A DNA stretch of 64,000 nt from a virus. Lineage: Duplodnaviria > Caudoviricetes. Below, one piece after another: positions 52,657-60,226 of this stretch. Under the pieces are notes generated by a model. It ran no database searches and was not told the DNA's origin. It saw only the letters and a program-made list of their open reading frames with translations. A program made the translations under genes and the position numbers. The number at the start of each line of letters is the position of its first letter. The first letter of the stretch is position 1. The stretch lies in the IMG/VR virus record IMGVR_UViG_3300026274_000001. The stretch is one strand, 5' to 3'.

Positions 52657-52700
52657 GTTTACCATGTTCAAATGATACATTCACCTAAACATGGTTACAA
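52657..52700 (-). promoter_or_regulatory. early promoter, hairpin family (41-bp identical to 41499-41539)
   Basis: TTGTAA-17-TATCAT; ATG at 52665. Confidence 0.9.
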
Positions 52701-52703
52701 GCG

Positions 52704-53195
52704 TTATTCGATTATTTTTGCGATTTTCAGCAAACGATTGATATCATTCGATAATGCTTTGCTGACAATCTCGGTCGAGTTGTACATGAATTGGTCATAC
52801 TCTACTTTCTGAACCTCTTCGAACGTGGGAATGGCCAGTAACTCGAGTCCAGCAGCGCTTGATTCATTTCGAGCCCTAAGTCGTTCATTTGTGGTCTGGA
52901 GTTGTTGAATGAGTTTCCCGTAGAAATCGTTCCACAGTGTAGTTCGATTTAGATCCTTGATATCGGCTCGCGGATAAACTTCGCCGAGACGTTCCCATTT
53001 TGCCCCAGGTCCGAGGACCATAAGATCAATATGATTGGCCAGGAACTCAGTATTGTTGAACTCGAAAGTGATACGAAGCCGAGTCTCATACCCTTGATAG
53101 TCACGAAGCCCCAATCTGGGACCTTGATAATATGATTCATATCGAGTCACATTGTCTTCCACGAACAGCTGATCTTGCATGAACTTGATCGTCAT
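52704..53195 (-). CDS. hypothetical protein
   Basis: SD AGGAG. Confidence 0.7.
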   Translation of the reverse strand: MTIKFMQDQLFVEDNVTRYESYYQGPRLGLRDYQGYETRLRITFEFNNTEFLANHIDLMVLGPGAKWERLGEVYPRADIKDLNRTTLWNDFYGKLIQQLQTTNERLRARNESSAAGLELLAIPTFEEVQKVEYDQFMYNSTEIVSKALSNDINRLLKIAKIIE

Positions 53196-53217
53196 TAATT
53201 TCTCCTGGTTGCCAGAA

Positions 53218-53613
53218 TTACTTGGTTAAGACTGCGACCACTTGCTGGGGATATTTCAAGAATTGTGTACCCATGTATTCAAGCTTTACTTTTTGTTCAG
53301 TGAAGCCGATCACCTGGCAAATACACAGCGCATCTGTATATCCAGCAACATTTGTGGCTACCCGGCCATTGATCTCAATGTCGTTGCCCACTACGTCGAG
53401 CATTCGCACAAGCACGCTTGCATGTTGACAGAACAAGCGCTGGAACACACTCTTTTCTTCGCCGTTGCTGTCACGCATCACGACATGCGGTTCTCCGTAA
53501 GGGGTTCCGTCGGCGCGTTCAGTTTCAACACGGACAAAGAACACGCGCTTCCAGCCACCATAAGAAACGGGAGTGCCTACATGCATGCAACTCATTTGCG
53601 CTTGCGAGATCAT
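53218..53613 (-). CDS. hypothetical protein
   Basis: SD GGAG. Confidence 0.7.
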   Translation of the reverse strand: MISQAQMSCMHVGTPVSYGGWKRVFFVRVETERADGTPYGEPHVVMRDSNGEEKSVFQRLFCQHASVLVRMLDVVGNDIEINGRVATNVAGYTDALCICQVIGFTEQKVKLEYMGTQFLKYPQQVVAVLTK

Positions 53614-53629
53614 TTTTTGCTCCGTGTTT

Positions 53630-53682
53630 TGATAATCAAATGATAAATTCACCTACCACTTTATGCAAGCGGTAGGTGAATT
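53630..53682 (-). promoter_or_regulatory. early promoter with hairpin enclosing the -35
   Basis: TTGCAT-17-TATCAT; AATTCACCTACC/GGTAGGTGAATT. Confidence 0.85.
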
Positions 53683-53695
53683 ATTTTCGAATAGC

Positions 53696-54259
53696 TTAGT
53701 CTGCGTCAAATGCCGTGATATACACTTTATGGCCAACCAGAAGTTCCAGTTCCTTGGAAGCTTTTGCCCTGTCGTAACGGTTACTGATATTACGGATGCT
53801 GAATTGGTAGCCAGTACCAAAGCCTGAGGGGTGATACGAGTGGACTTTACCAGCTTTGAGTGTTGCGATCATGTTGTCGATCGCCTCTTGGGTCATGAAC
53901 AAAGTGACCGGGCCCAAGTTGCATTTGGTGCTGCTTGCAAGACGCTGTTGTGCTTTGCGAGCGCGTTCGACTTGCTCTTGGAACTGTTTTCGAAGTATGT
54001 CCAGTGACTCGAAGTAGAAGCTAGCTTCTACTCCTAGACGATCGAATGAAAATTCCGAACCCGCAGCTTTGTACCGTGTTTCGCAGTGGACATACTTGCC
54101 CGAAAACGTCATTTCGATTCGCATACCATCACCGACGGGTAACGACATAATAAGCGTTTCGCTGTTTCCACTTGGCGTGCGTTCGACCGTGGTGGGCGGA
54201 ATTTCACGTGCAAATTCTTCCATCTTTTCTTGAACGAAATCGATCAGTTCCATCTGCAT
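53696..54259 (-). CDS. hypothetical protein
   Basis: SD GGAG. Confidence 0.75.
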   Translation of the reverse strand: MQMELIDFVQEKMEEFAREIPPTTVERTPSGNSETLIMSLPVGDGMRIEMTFSGKYVHCETRYKAAGSEFSFDRLGVEASFYFESLDILRKQFQEQVERARKAQQRLASSTKCNLGPVTLFMTQEAIDNMIATLKAGKVHSYHPSGFGTGYQFSIRNISNRYDRAKASKELELLVGHKVYITAFDAD

Positions 54260-54270
54260 ATCTCCGGTAG

Positions 54271-54312
54271 TGTCCATTACCAGATGATATGTTCATGTAA
54301 ATGAAAAAGCAA
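54271..54312 (-). promoter_or_regulatory. early promoter, hairpin family
   Basis: TTGCTT-17-TATCAT; ATG at 54277 in frame with gene. Confidence 0.85.
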
Positions 54313-54317
54313 GCCGT

Positions 54318-54345
54318 AAAAAAGGACCCTTGTAGGATCCTTTTC
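54318..54345 (-). terminator. intrinsic terminator after the kinase gene
   Basis: AAAAGGATCCT-ACA-AGGGTCCTTTTTT on the - strand. Confidence 0.75.
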
Positions 54346-54352
54346 CAGCTAG

Positions 54353-56377
54353 TTAGTTCACAGTATTTTCCATCGAGTCATCTAAAATTTTCTGTACTTT
54401 GTTATAATCTACTGGCTTTGTTAAGTGATAGTCAAAACCTGCATTGAATGCCATCTTCTTATCAGTATCTTGCCCATACCCCGTGACTGCTACAATTACT
54501 ATTCCTCTCAGCTTGGGATCTGAACGGATCTGCTGAGCAACTTCATATCCGGTTAGAATCGGTAGGCCTATGTCCAGCAGCACCACGTTGGGATATGTAT
54601 GTTCTACTGCGGTTAAAGCGGTAGGGCCGTCGTACGCCTTGGTTACGACGTGGCCTGACATTTCGACAAGCATTGCTAGACTATCTGCGGCATCAGTGTT
54701 GTCATCCACAACAAGCACTCGTAATTCCCTCGTTGCTCTGCGAGTTTCTTGGGGTATATTATTCTCAATTGGAAATGACGGCGCTCGAACTATTGGTAAA
54801 GTAACAACAAATTCACTTCCTTTACCCAATACGCTATAAATGTCAACGTGGCCACCGTGCATTTCAACTAGTCTATGGACTAACGCAAGCCCGATACCCA
54901 AACCGCCGCGAGAACGATCTAGTGACCGTTCTGATTGCGAAAACAAGTCAAAGATTCTAGGTAGTAGTTCAGGCGCAATGCCCACCCCAGTGTCACTTAA
55001 TCGTATAACGCATTCTTTCTTGTCATCAAGTGTCACACTTAGCGCAATTTTCCCACCATTGTTGGTGTACTTTGCCGCATTGGTAAGCAGATTAACGATG
55101 ATTTGTTCCAAACGAGCTGCATCTGCATGTAGCCAAATTGGTTCGAGGGAAAGAGTCACGGTTAAATCATGCTCATGTTCGATAATGAGCGGCATTGCTG
55201 AAGCAACCGCGTTTTCAATTACACCGTTCATTAGAACGAGATCGTTTCTAAGTTGTACACGTCCGGTAGTTATGCGCGCCACTTCCATCAAGTCATCAAC
55301 TAACCGAGTCAATTGCACAACTTGACGTTCAATCATAGTTCTAGCTTGATGTTGAAGGGGATCTTCGTCCTGCTGTAACCTTAGAATTTGAACGGCATTG
55401 GAAATGGGAGCAAGCGGATTTCGTAATTCATGACTAAGCATCGCCAGGAATTCATCTTTTCTACGATGTAAATCAGCGAGTGTTTCAGCCTGCTCTTGCA
55501 GCTGACGTTCCATTACGAAGCGTTCGCTGATGTCACGTATGTTGCATTGCGCAACTGCATGTTTTCCCACCAGGTATATGTTGCTTATGAATTCAACTTC
55601 AACTGTTTTGCCATTTTTTGATTCTAATGGCAAGTGTTCATAACGCACATACCCTTGTTTTTGTAATTCAGCATACATGTTCAAACTAGCTTGCTTATCG
55701 CCGAAGAATCCAAACTCCCAAAGCTCATGATTCATAAGCTCATCGTGATCATAACCAAGCAAATCAGATATAAATTTGTTTGCGTCAATGATTTTTAATG
55801 AAGTAGCGTCAAGTACTAGGATTCCATCCTTTGCACTTTGAAACAGTCGTCGATATTGCAATTCGGATGTCTGTACCGCTATCGCATCTAATTGTCGTTC
55901 AGTGGCATCTCTAAAGATCAAAACTGCCCCAGTAGTACCGCTTTTAGTGCTCCTGATTGGTGCCGCACTATCATCTATTGGCCGCTCTGTTCCATCTTTC
56001 GCAATCAAGAGAGCGTATTTCCCAATATCGGTTATTTCATTTATTGCTAGAGCTAATGATATTGGCTCTTCAATTGCTTTTCTGGTTTTGCTATTGATTA
56101 GCCTAAAGACCTTGGACAATGGCAGGCCTACTGCTTCTTCCTGTGTCCAACCAGTCAATGCTTGCGCTACTGGGTTCAAAAATACGATGACGCCATTGGC
56201 GTCAGTTGTTATTACCGCATCACCAATACTGGCGAGTGTTGCATCAAGTAAGTCGCGCTGTATGCGAACAGACTCGATTGTTTCTTCAACGGGATTGATC
56301 ATGTGAAGCTCCGAAGCAACGTCAGATCTACGAAGTGATTCAATACTTTCATCACTAGAAGCTTGATACTGTAGCAC
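54353..56377 (-). CDS. hybrid sensor histidine kinase (PAS-PAC, PAS, HisKA, HATPase_c, receiver)
   Basis: H-box LSHELRNPL; NLLTNAAKYT; DTGVGI; GGLGIGL; receiver VVDDN, LLDIGLP, TKP; start uncertain (56377 GTG or 56302 ATG). Confidence 0.92.
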   Translation of the reverse strand: MLQYQASSDESIESLRRSDVASELHMINPVEETIESVRIQRDLLDATLASIGDAVITTDANGVIVFLNPVAQALTGWTQEEAVGLPLSKVFRLINSKTRKAIEEPISLALAINEITDIGKYALLIAKDGTERPIDDSAAPIRSTKSGTTGAVLIFRDATERQLDAIAVQTSELQYRRLFQSAKDGILVLDATSLKIIDANKFISDLLGYDHDELMNHELWEFGFFGDKQASLNMYAELQKQGYVRYEHLPLESKNGKTVEVEFISNIYLVGKHAVAQCNIRDISERFVMERQLQEQAETLADLHRRKDEFLAMLSHELRNPLAPISNAVQILRLQQDEDPLQHQARTMIERQVVQLTRLVDDLMEVARITTGRVQLRNDLVLMNGVIENAVASAMPLIIEHEHDLTVTLSLEPIWLHADAARLEQIIVNLLTNAAKYTNNGGKIALSVTLDDKKECVIRLSDTGVGIAPELLPRIFDLFSQSERSLDRSRGGLGIGLALVHRLVEMHGGHVDIYSVLGKGSEFVVTLPIVRAPSFPIENNIPQETRRATRELRVLVVDDNTDAADSLAMLVEMSGHVVTKAYDGPTALTAVEHTYPNVVLLDIGLPILTGYEVAQQIRSDPKLRGIVIVAVTGYGQDTDKKMAFNAGFDYHLTKPVDYNKVQKILDDSMENTVN

Positions 56378-56413
56378 GGAACCTATTGTTCGTTTATTAA
56401 GATTACCTGACCA

Positions 56414-56686
56414 TCAACTGGTTGTTGACAGTATCATCTGCAGATATTCCGCTGGAGTACCAACATGATGTACCCAGAGATTTCCTGAAATAATTGAAGT
56501 TGTATTGGTATCAAGGTTACGAATGAATACCGCGGTATTGCTGTATTCAGCTCCGTAACTTGGTGGGATGGATATACGGACAAAGACTGGTTGTTTTAGG
56601 TGAGACAGTCTTTGTATTGATCGGTAGCAGTCAAGTTCAAACATGTCACCTTCAACCATGTCTTTTATCAAACACTTTCCTTTCAC
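56414..56686 (-). CDS. hypothetical protein
   Basis: GTGA overlap with upstream gene. Confidence 0.55.
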   Translation of the reverse strand: MKGKCLIKDMVEGDMFELDCYRSIQRLSHLKQPVFVRISIPPSYGAEYSNTAVFIRNLDTNTTSIISGNLWVHHVGTPAEYLQMILSTTS

Positions 56687-57075
56687 TTTACGGCAACCAG
56701 GTTCTGGGTGAACCATTCATCGAGTGTGCAAATGTCGATTTCATACACTTTCTTCAATTCAGAGCTGTAAAAGTGTGTGAAATTCCAGTGTTGTCCAAAC
56801 AGATTGACTTCGGTATCAAACTTAGGGACGCGATTATTGAATCGCCATTCGCTGATTTGTTCAACAGTCACACCGCGTTTATTACGAAATGTTTTTTCAG
56901 CCTGGTCATACTCGGAGTAGCAATCCAACAAATCTTGTTGGGCACGAACCGCTCGCATAACTTCAGCTTCGATATCAACCAGCAGTTGTTCAGCTGAATC
57001 GTATTCTACCGGCATCACATGATCGCATGAATACGTGTATCCGTCACCAGTAGAAAAACAAACGACTAATTTCAT
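56683..57075 (-). CDS. hypothetical protein
   Basis: ATGA overlap; SD GAGGAG. Confidence 0.7.
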   Translation of the reverse strand: MKLVVCFSTGDGYTYSCDHVMPVEYDSAEQLLVDIEAEVMRAVRAQQDLLDCYSEYDQAEKTFRNKRGVTVEQISEWRFNNRVPKFDTEVNLFGQHWNFTHFYSSELKKVYEIDICTLDEWFTQNLVAVK

Positions 57076-57347
57076 GCTATCTCCTCATCGATCTTCCGCA
57101 ACATCGCAGATTTCCAATCCGTTGAACCCAACGTAGCATTGCCGATCCATGCGAAAGCGGGAATGTGTTCAATCTCAACATCCTTCCACTTGTTGAGGTG
57201 ACCGACTGATGACCAAAAGCTACGGCGAACTTGAAGTACTTGATAATGCTCCACAGTTGCTTCCGTGTAGCCCCGTTCAAGTTCTTTCACTGCCCGACGC
57301 ACTACGCGATGCAGCTTGCCTTTATATTGAAACCCCTTGTAGTCCAT
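57072..57347 (-). CDS. hypothetical protein
   Basis: Operon context. Confidence 0.7.
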   Translation of the reverse strand: MDYKGFQYKGKLHRVVRRAVKELERGYTEATVEHYQVLQVRRSFWSSVGHLNKWKDVEIEHIPAFAWIGNATLGSTDWKSAMLRKIDEEIA

Positions 57348-57349
57348 GA

Positions 57350-57538
57350 TTACTCGTCGCTTTCTTGCAACAGCGATTCAGCAGCTTGACGTCGCTGCGC
57401 TATGCGCATCAGTGCGGATGCATCAACTTTGTTAGTAATTCCGGTAAACATCGAAGCATTAAACGGCTCAATTGCGATATCAAACACTGGAATGCCAAGC
57501 GCTGCTGCAACTGCCTTCATATCAGCCGACGTGATCAT
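57350..57538 (-). CDS. hypothetical protein
   Basis: SD AGGAG. Confidence 0.7.
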   Translation of the reverse strand: MITSADMKAVAAALGIPVFDIAIEPFNASMFTGITNKVDASALMRIAQRRQAAESLLQESDE

Positions 57539-57554
57539 TTTGCTCTCCTGTTAT

Positions 57555-57594
57555 TTGTTAACCAGATGATGCATTCACCTGACCAGTAAGTCAA
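57555..57594 (-). promoter_or_regulatory. early promoter, hairpin family
   Basis: TTGACT-17-CATCAT; CAGGTGA-N5-TCATCTG. Confidence 0.85.
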
Positions 57595-58196
57595 GCGCTT
57601 GCTACCATAGTAAAGTAATTCCATCCTTCGTTCATCATCCCGTGGTTGGCGATCTTCGGATTTTTCCTGCCCTTGGCCCAAGTGTATTCAACTTTCTCGT
57701 CGTAATGATCGTAAATTTCCAGCTTGTGGTACTTGGCAACACTACGCCAAGTACGAACTGCCTGTTCGCCAATGTTAGTGCTTGAATGAATTCGTTTCAA
57801 TCGATTGATAGCACCCAAGTACAGAACGGTTCCTAGTCCACGCCCACGATATTGATTGCAGAGATAGACCGCTCCAACCCTATAACCTAGCTCTTCAGGT
57901 GAACAATCATTGGACAACCTAATCATACCAATATATTCACGACCATCTTTCAAATAGATGAAATGCTCTTTGTATTGATCTTTGATGTAAAATAGATCCA
58001 GGCCATCTTTACTACCTAGATGTTTTGGTTTCTTTCGATTTACTGCCTGCTCGATAGTAGTAATTGACCACTCGAAGCTCGATTTACTGTAATTGGTGCC
58101 GGAGACAATGTTCATAGATGAAAACAAGTTGATGCCACAATTGGCAACTGCCAACAGTACACTAGAACAAATTGACTGCAAAGCTTTTGTTGCCAT
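57591..58196 (-). CDS. GNAT-fold acetyltransferase
   Basis: VGAVYLCNQYRGRGLGTVLY...GEQAVRTW; start uncertain. Confidence 0.75.
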   Translation of the reverse strand: MATKALQSICSSVLLAVANCGINLFSSMNIVSGTNYSKSSFEWSITTIEQAVNRKKPKHLGSKDGLDLFYIKDQYKEHFIYLKDGREYIGMIRLSNDCSPEELGYRVGAVYLCNQYRGRGLGTVLYLGAINRLKRIHSSTNIGEQAVRTWRSVAKYHKLEIYDHYDEKVEYTWAKGRKNPKIANHGMMNEGWNYFTMVASA

Positions 58197-58270
58197 ATTG
58201 CAATAAATTTATTTCTAACTGGCAACTTGTAGTAAACTGGCGGTAGTTTCACCTATAAGAAGAATCTTAA

Positions 58271-58663
58271 ATGAAAAAACTAAAAATTGCAGCAGTGCTT
58301 ATGTTCATACTGGCTATTGCTGGTTGTGACGATGGGGTAATAGCTGCTAAAAAAATGAACCCGGTAATCACCAACATTGGTGACTTCGACGGTTGTAATG
58401 TGAAGTATGTTGATCGTGGGTATACGAGTGATTCATTCTTTATGGCTAAGTGTGGCGACACCGTGACCCAGTCCAATACATATCAATCTGGTAAGACCTC
58501 GCAGCGTATGATGACAATAACGCAGAAGATCAATGATTTGACTGCTGAGCGTGCTGCTTTGGTTAAAGAAGAAGAAGCAAAACAAGCAGCATTGGCCAAA
58601 TTATCGGTACAGGACCAAACAGCTTTGGGAATTATACCTCCGGCGAGCCAACCACCACAATGA
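58271..58663 (+). CDS. lipoprotein with coiled-coil tail
   Basis: Lipobox IAGC. Confidence 0.75.
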   Translation: MKKLKIAAVLMFILAIAGCDDGVIAAKKMNPVITNIGDFDGCNVKYVDRGYTSDSFFMAKCGDTVTQSNTYQSGKTSQRMMTITQKINDLTAERAALVKEEEAKQAALAKLSVQDQTALGIIPPASQPPQ

Positions 58664-58860
58664 AAAAACTGTTCTGGGTCCCCGCATCGATGGTGCTGTT
58701 TTTTGTTGGTTTTGCTGGTTTCTTTTTTGTGTCGATCCTTGCTGTTATTGGCATGGGTCTCAATTTTGTTGCTGAGGGTCTAGGACTTATTTTTGATTGG
58801 TATCAAATTCAACTTTTACATCTCTTACGCTATGTGGGAAAGAAGGCATTCAATGACTAA
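58660..58860 (+). CDS. small membrane protein
   Basis: Very hydrophobic; ATGA overlap. Confidence 0.65.
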   Translation: MKKLFWVPASMVLFFVGFAGFFFVSILAVIGMGLNFVAEGLGLIFDWYQIQLLHLLRYVGKKAFND

Positions 58861-59503
58861 ATGGATTGATGGTAATCCTTATGAAATTGGCGCCACTATT
58901 GCTATAATGGCACTTTACATTTGGGCAAAACTGAGTTTGCACAACGAACAGAAACAAAAGAAAATGAAAAAAGTAATTAATATCCTGCTAGCAATGATTG
59001 CATTGCTAGCCACTCCAGCATTTGCGTATCAGATGGATGTTGCTTGCCATGCTGATGTTGAATTCAGTCCGAATGGCGGTGGCGAAGCTATGGTAGTTCA
59101 AGCTATCGGCACGGCACAAAACCAGATTTTGTTGCAAGCATACAACTTTACCTCACCAGCGATCTTGAATGCTTTGGCTATTGCAAAAAGTCAAAAGCAT
59201 GTAGATGTCCGCTTCATTCTGGACAAGAGTAATGAAGAAGCCCGTTACGCTCCTATCATTGAGCAGTTGGCTCAATTGGGTATTCCTATCGTTACTGACT
59301 ATTCAGTAGCCATTGCACATAACAAGGTGATCATCATTGATGGCACTGATGTGATTACTGGTAGCTTCAATTTCACGATGTCTGCGCAGCGTCGCAATGC
59401 GGAGAATGTGATTTGGTTTATGCATTGCCCAGCATTAGCCATACCGTATATTCAGAATTGGAAAAACCGATTGGCTGTATCACGTCCCTATAACCCAAGA
59501 TAG
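58853..59503 (+). CDS. phospholipase D family (Nuc-like) endonuclease, exported
   Basis: HNKVIIID + GSFNF + NAEN; signal peptide from ATG 58964; upstream in-frame ATG 58853 adds a TM segment. Confidence 0.85.
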   Translation: MTKWIDGNPYEIGATIAIMALYIWAKLSLHNEQKQKKMKKVINILLAMIALLATPAFAYQMDVACHADVEFSPNGGGEAMVVQAIGTAQNQILLQAYNFTSPAILNALAIAKSQKHVDVRFILDKSNEEARYAPIIEQLAQLGIPIVTDYSVAIAHNKVIIIDGTDVITGSFNFTMSAQRRNAENVIWFMHCPALAIPYIQNWKNRLAVSRPYNPR

Positions 59504-59508
59504 ACTAA

Positions 59509-59706
59509 ATGGCTTCCATAGAATTTCTTAACTGTATAGAAATATTTCTGATATTTCTAGTGATACTGTGTTTTTACGGAATATGTTATTTCGTATTGTC
59601 ATTAATTACCGACTTCATGGGTCTTTGCGTATTCAAACTGGGTACTTTAATTTGGACACCAGAAGAAATAGAAGCATTCACAACTAAATTTAAAAAAGAA
59701 AAATGA
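59509..59706 (+). CDS. small membrane protein
   Basis: Hydrophobic. Confidence 0.55.
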   Translation: MASIEFLNCIEIFLIFLVILCFYGICYFVLSLITDFMGLCVFKLGTLIWTPEEIEAFTTKFKKEK

Positions 59707-59951
59707 TATTTCTTCTTGTAATGTATGCGGTAGTTGCTGCCATTAGTCTAGGTAGCACGCTTTACACCGTATCTAGTCTGGGTGAAAATTCAACTAATGC
59801 TCAAACAGCTAGGTTGTTTTTGAGTTTGGTATCATTTGTGGTTGGTATCGTTATGATTGACGGGCTTCCCATTCCTGCGTTCATTGTGCTAAGTTTGAGC
59901 ATGGTGTTCAGCAACTGGGGTTATCTGTTTAAAAGTTACTTTACTAAGTGA
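59703..59951 (+). CDS. small multi-TM membrane protein
   Basis: Three hydrophobic segments; ATGA overlap. Confidence 0.6.
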   Translation: MIFLLVMYAVVAAISLGSTLYTVSSLGENSTNAQTARLFLSLVSFVVGIVMIDGLPIPAFIVLSLSMVFSNWGYLFKSYFTK

Positions 59952-59976
59952 ATGATTCACCTTATAATGAACTATG
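59940..59976 (+). promoter_or_regulatory. sigma70-type promoter
   Basis: TTTACT-17-TATAAT; GTGAAT/ATTCAC dyad; ATG at 59974. Confidence 0.6.
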
Positions 59977-59995
59977 GAAACTTTGAGGAGTAGCC

Positions 59996-60226
59996 ATGGT
60001 CATTGTGATGACTGTGATTAGTAGTTTAATGGGAGCCGTGCCTGGCCTACCTGGACAAGGCTATGTCTTTGATTCAATTGAACATTGTAGCAGTCAAGCT
60101 CAAGACTACTTGCATTCGATGCCGCCTGCTGAAGCCATGCAGTTACAATATGTGTGCAAGCCTGGCGGAGTCCCATCCTACGCAATCTCCCCAGACTATA
60201 TCAACCGTCATCCTAGGGGGTTCTGA
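59996..60226 (+). CDS. hypothetical protein
   Basis: SD GAGGAG. Confidence 0.65.
   Translation: MVIVMTVISSLMGAVPGLPGQGYVFDSIEHCSSQAQDYLHSMPPAEAMQLQYVCKPGGVPSYAISPDYINRHPRGF

Noticed and set aside
54570-56306. Plus-strand ORFs 54570, 54840 and 55902
   Set aside because: Antisense to the intact histidine kinase; no independent signals
513-57594. CRISPR array interpretation of the recurring ~40-bp elements
   Set aside because: Copies are dispersed one per gene, degenerate, separated by whole ORFs and contain -35/-10 boxes; no regular repeat-spacer period and no cas genes
86-57594. Integron attC or CRP/FNR-site interpretation of the dyads
   Set aside because: No GTTRRRY/RYYYAAC core pair at the ends and no integrase seen; the dyad is TGA-N5-TCA, not TGTGA-N6-TCACA or TTGAT-N4-ATCAA
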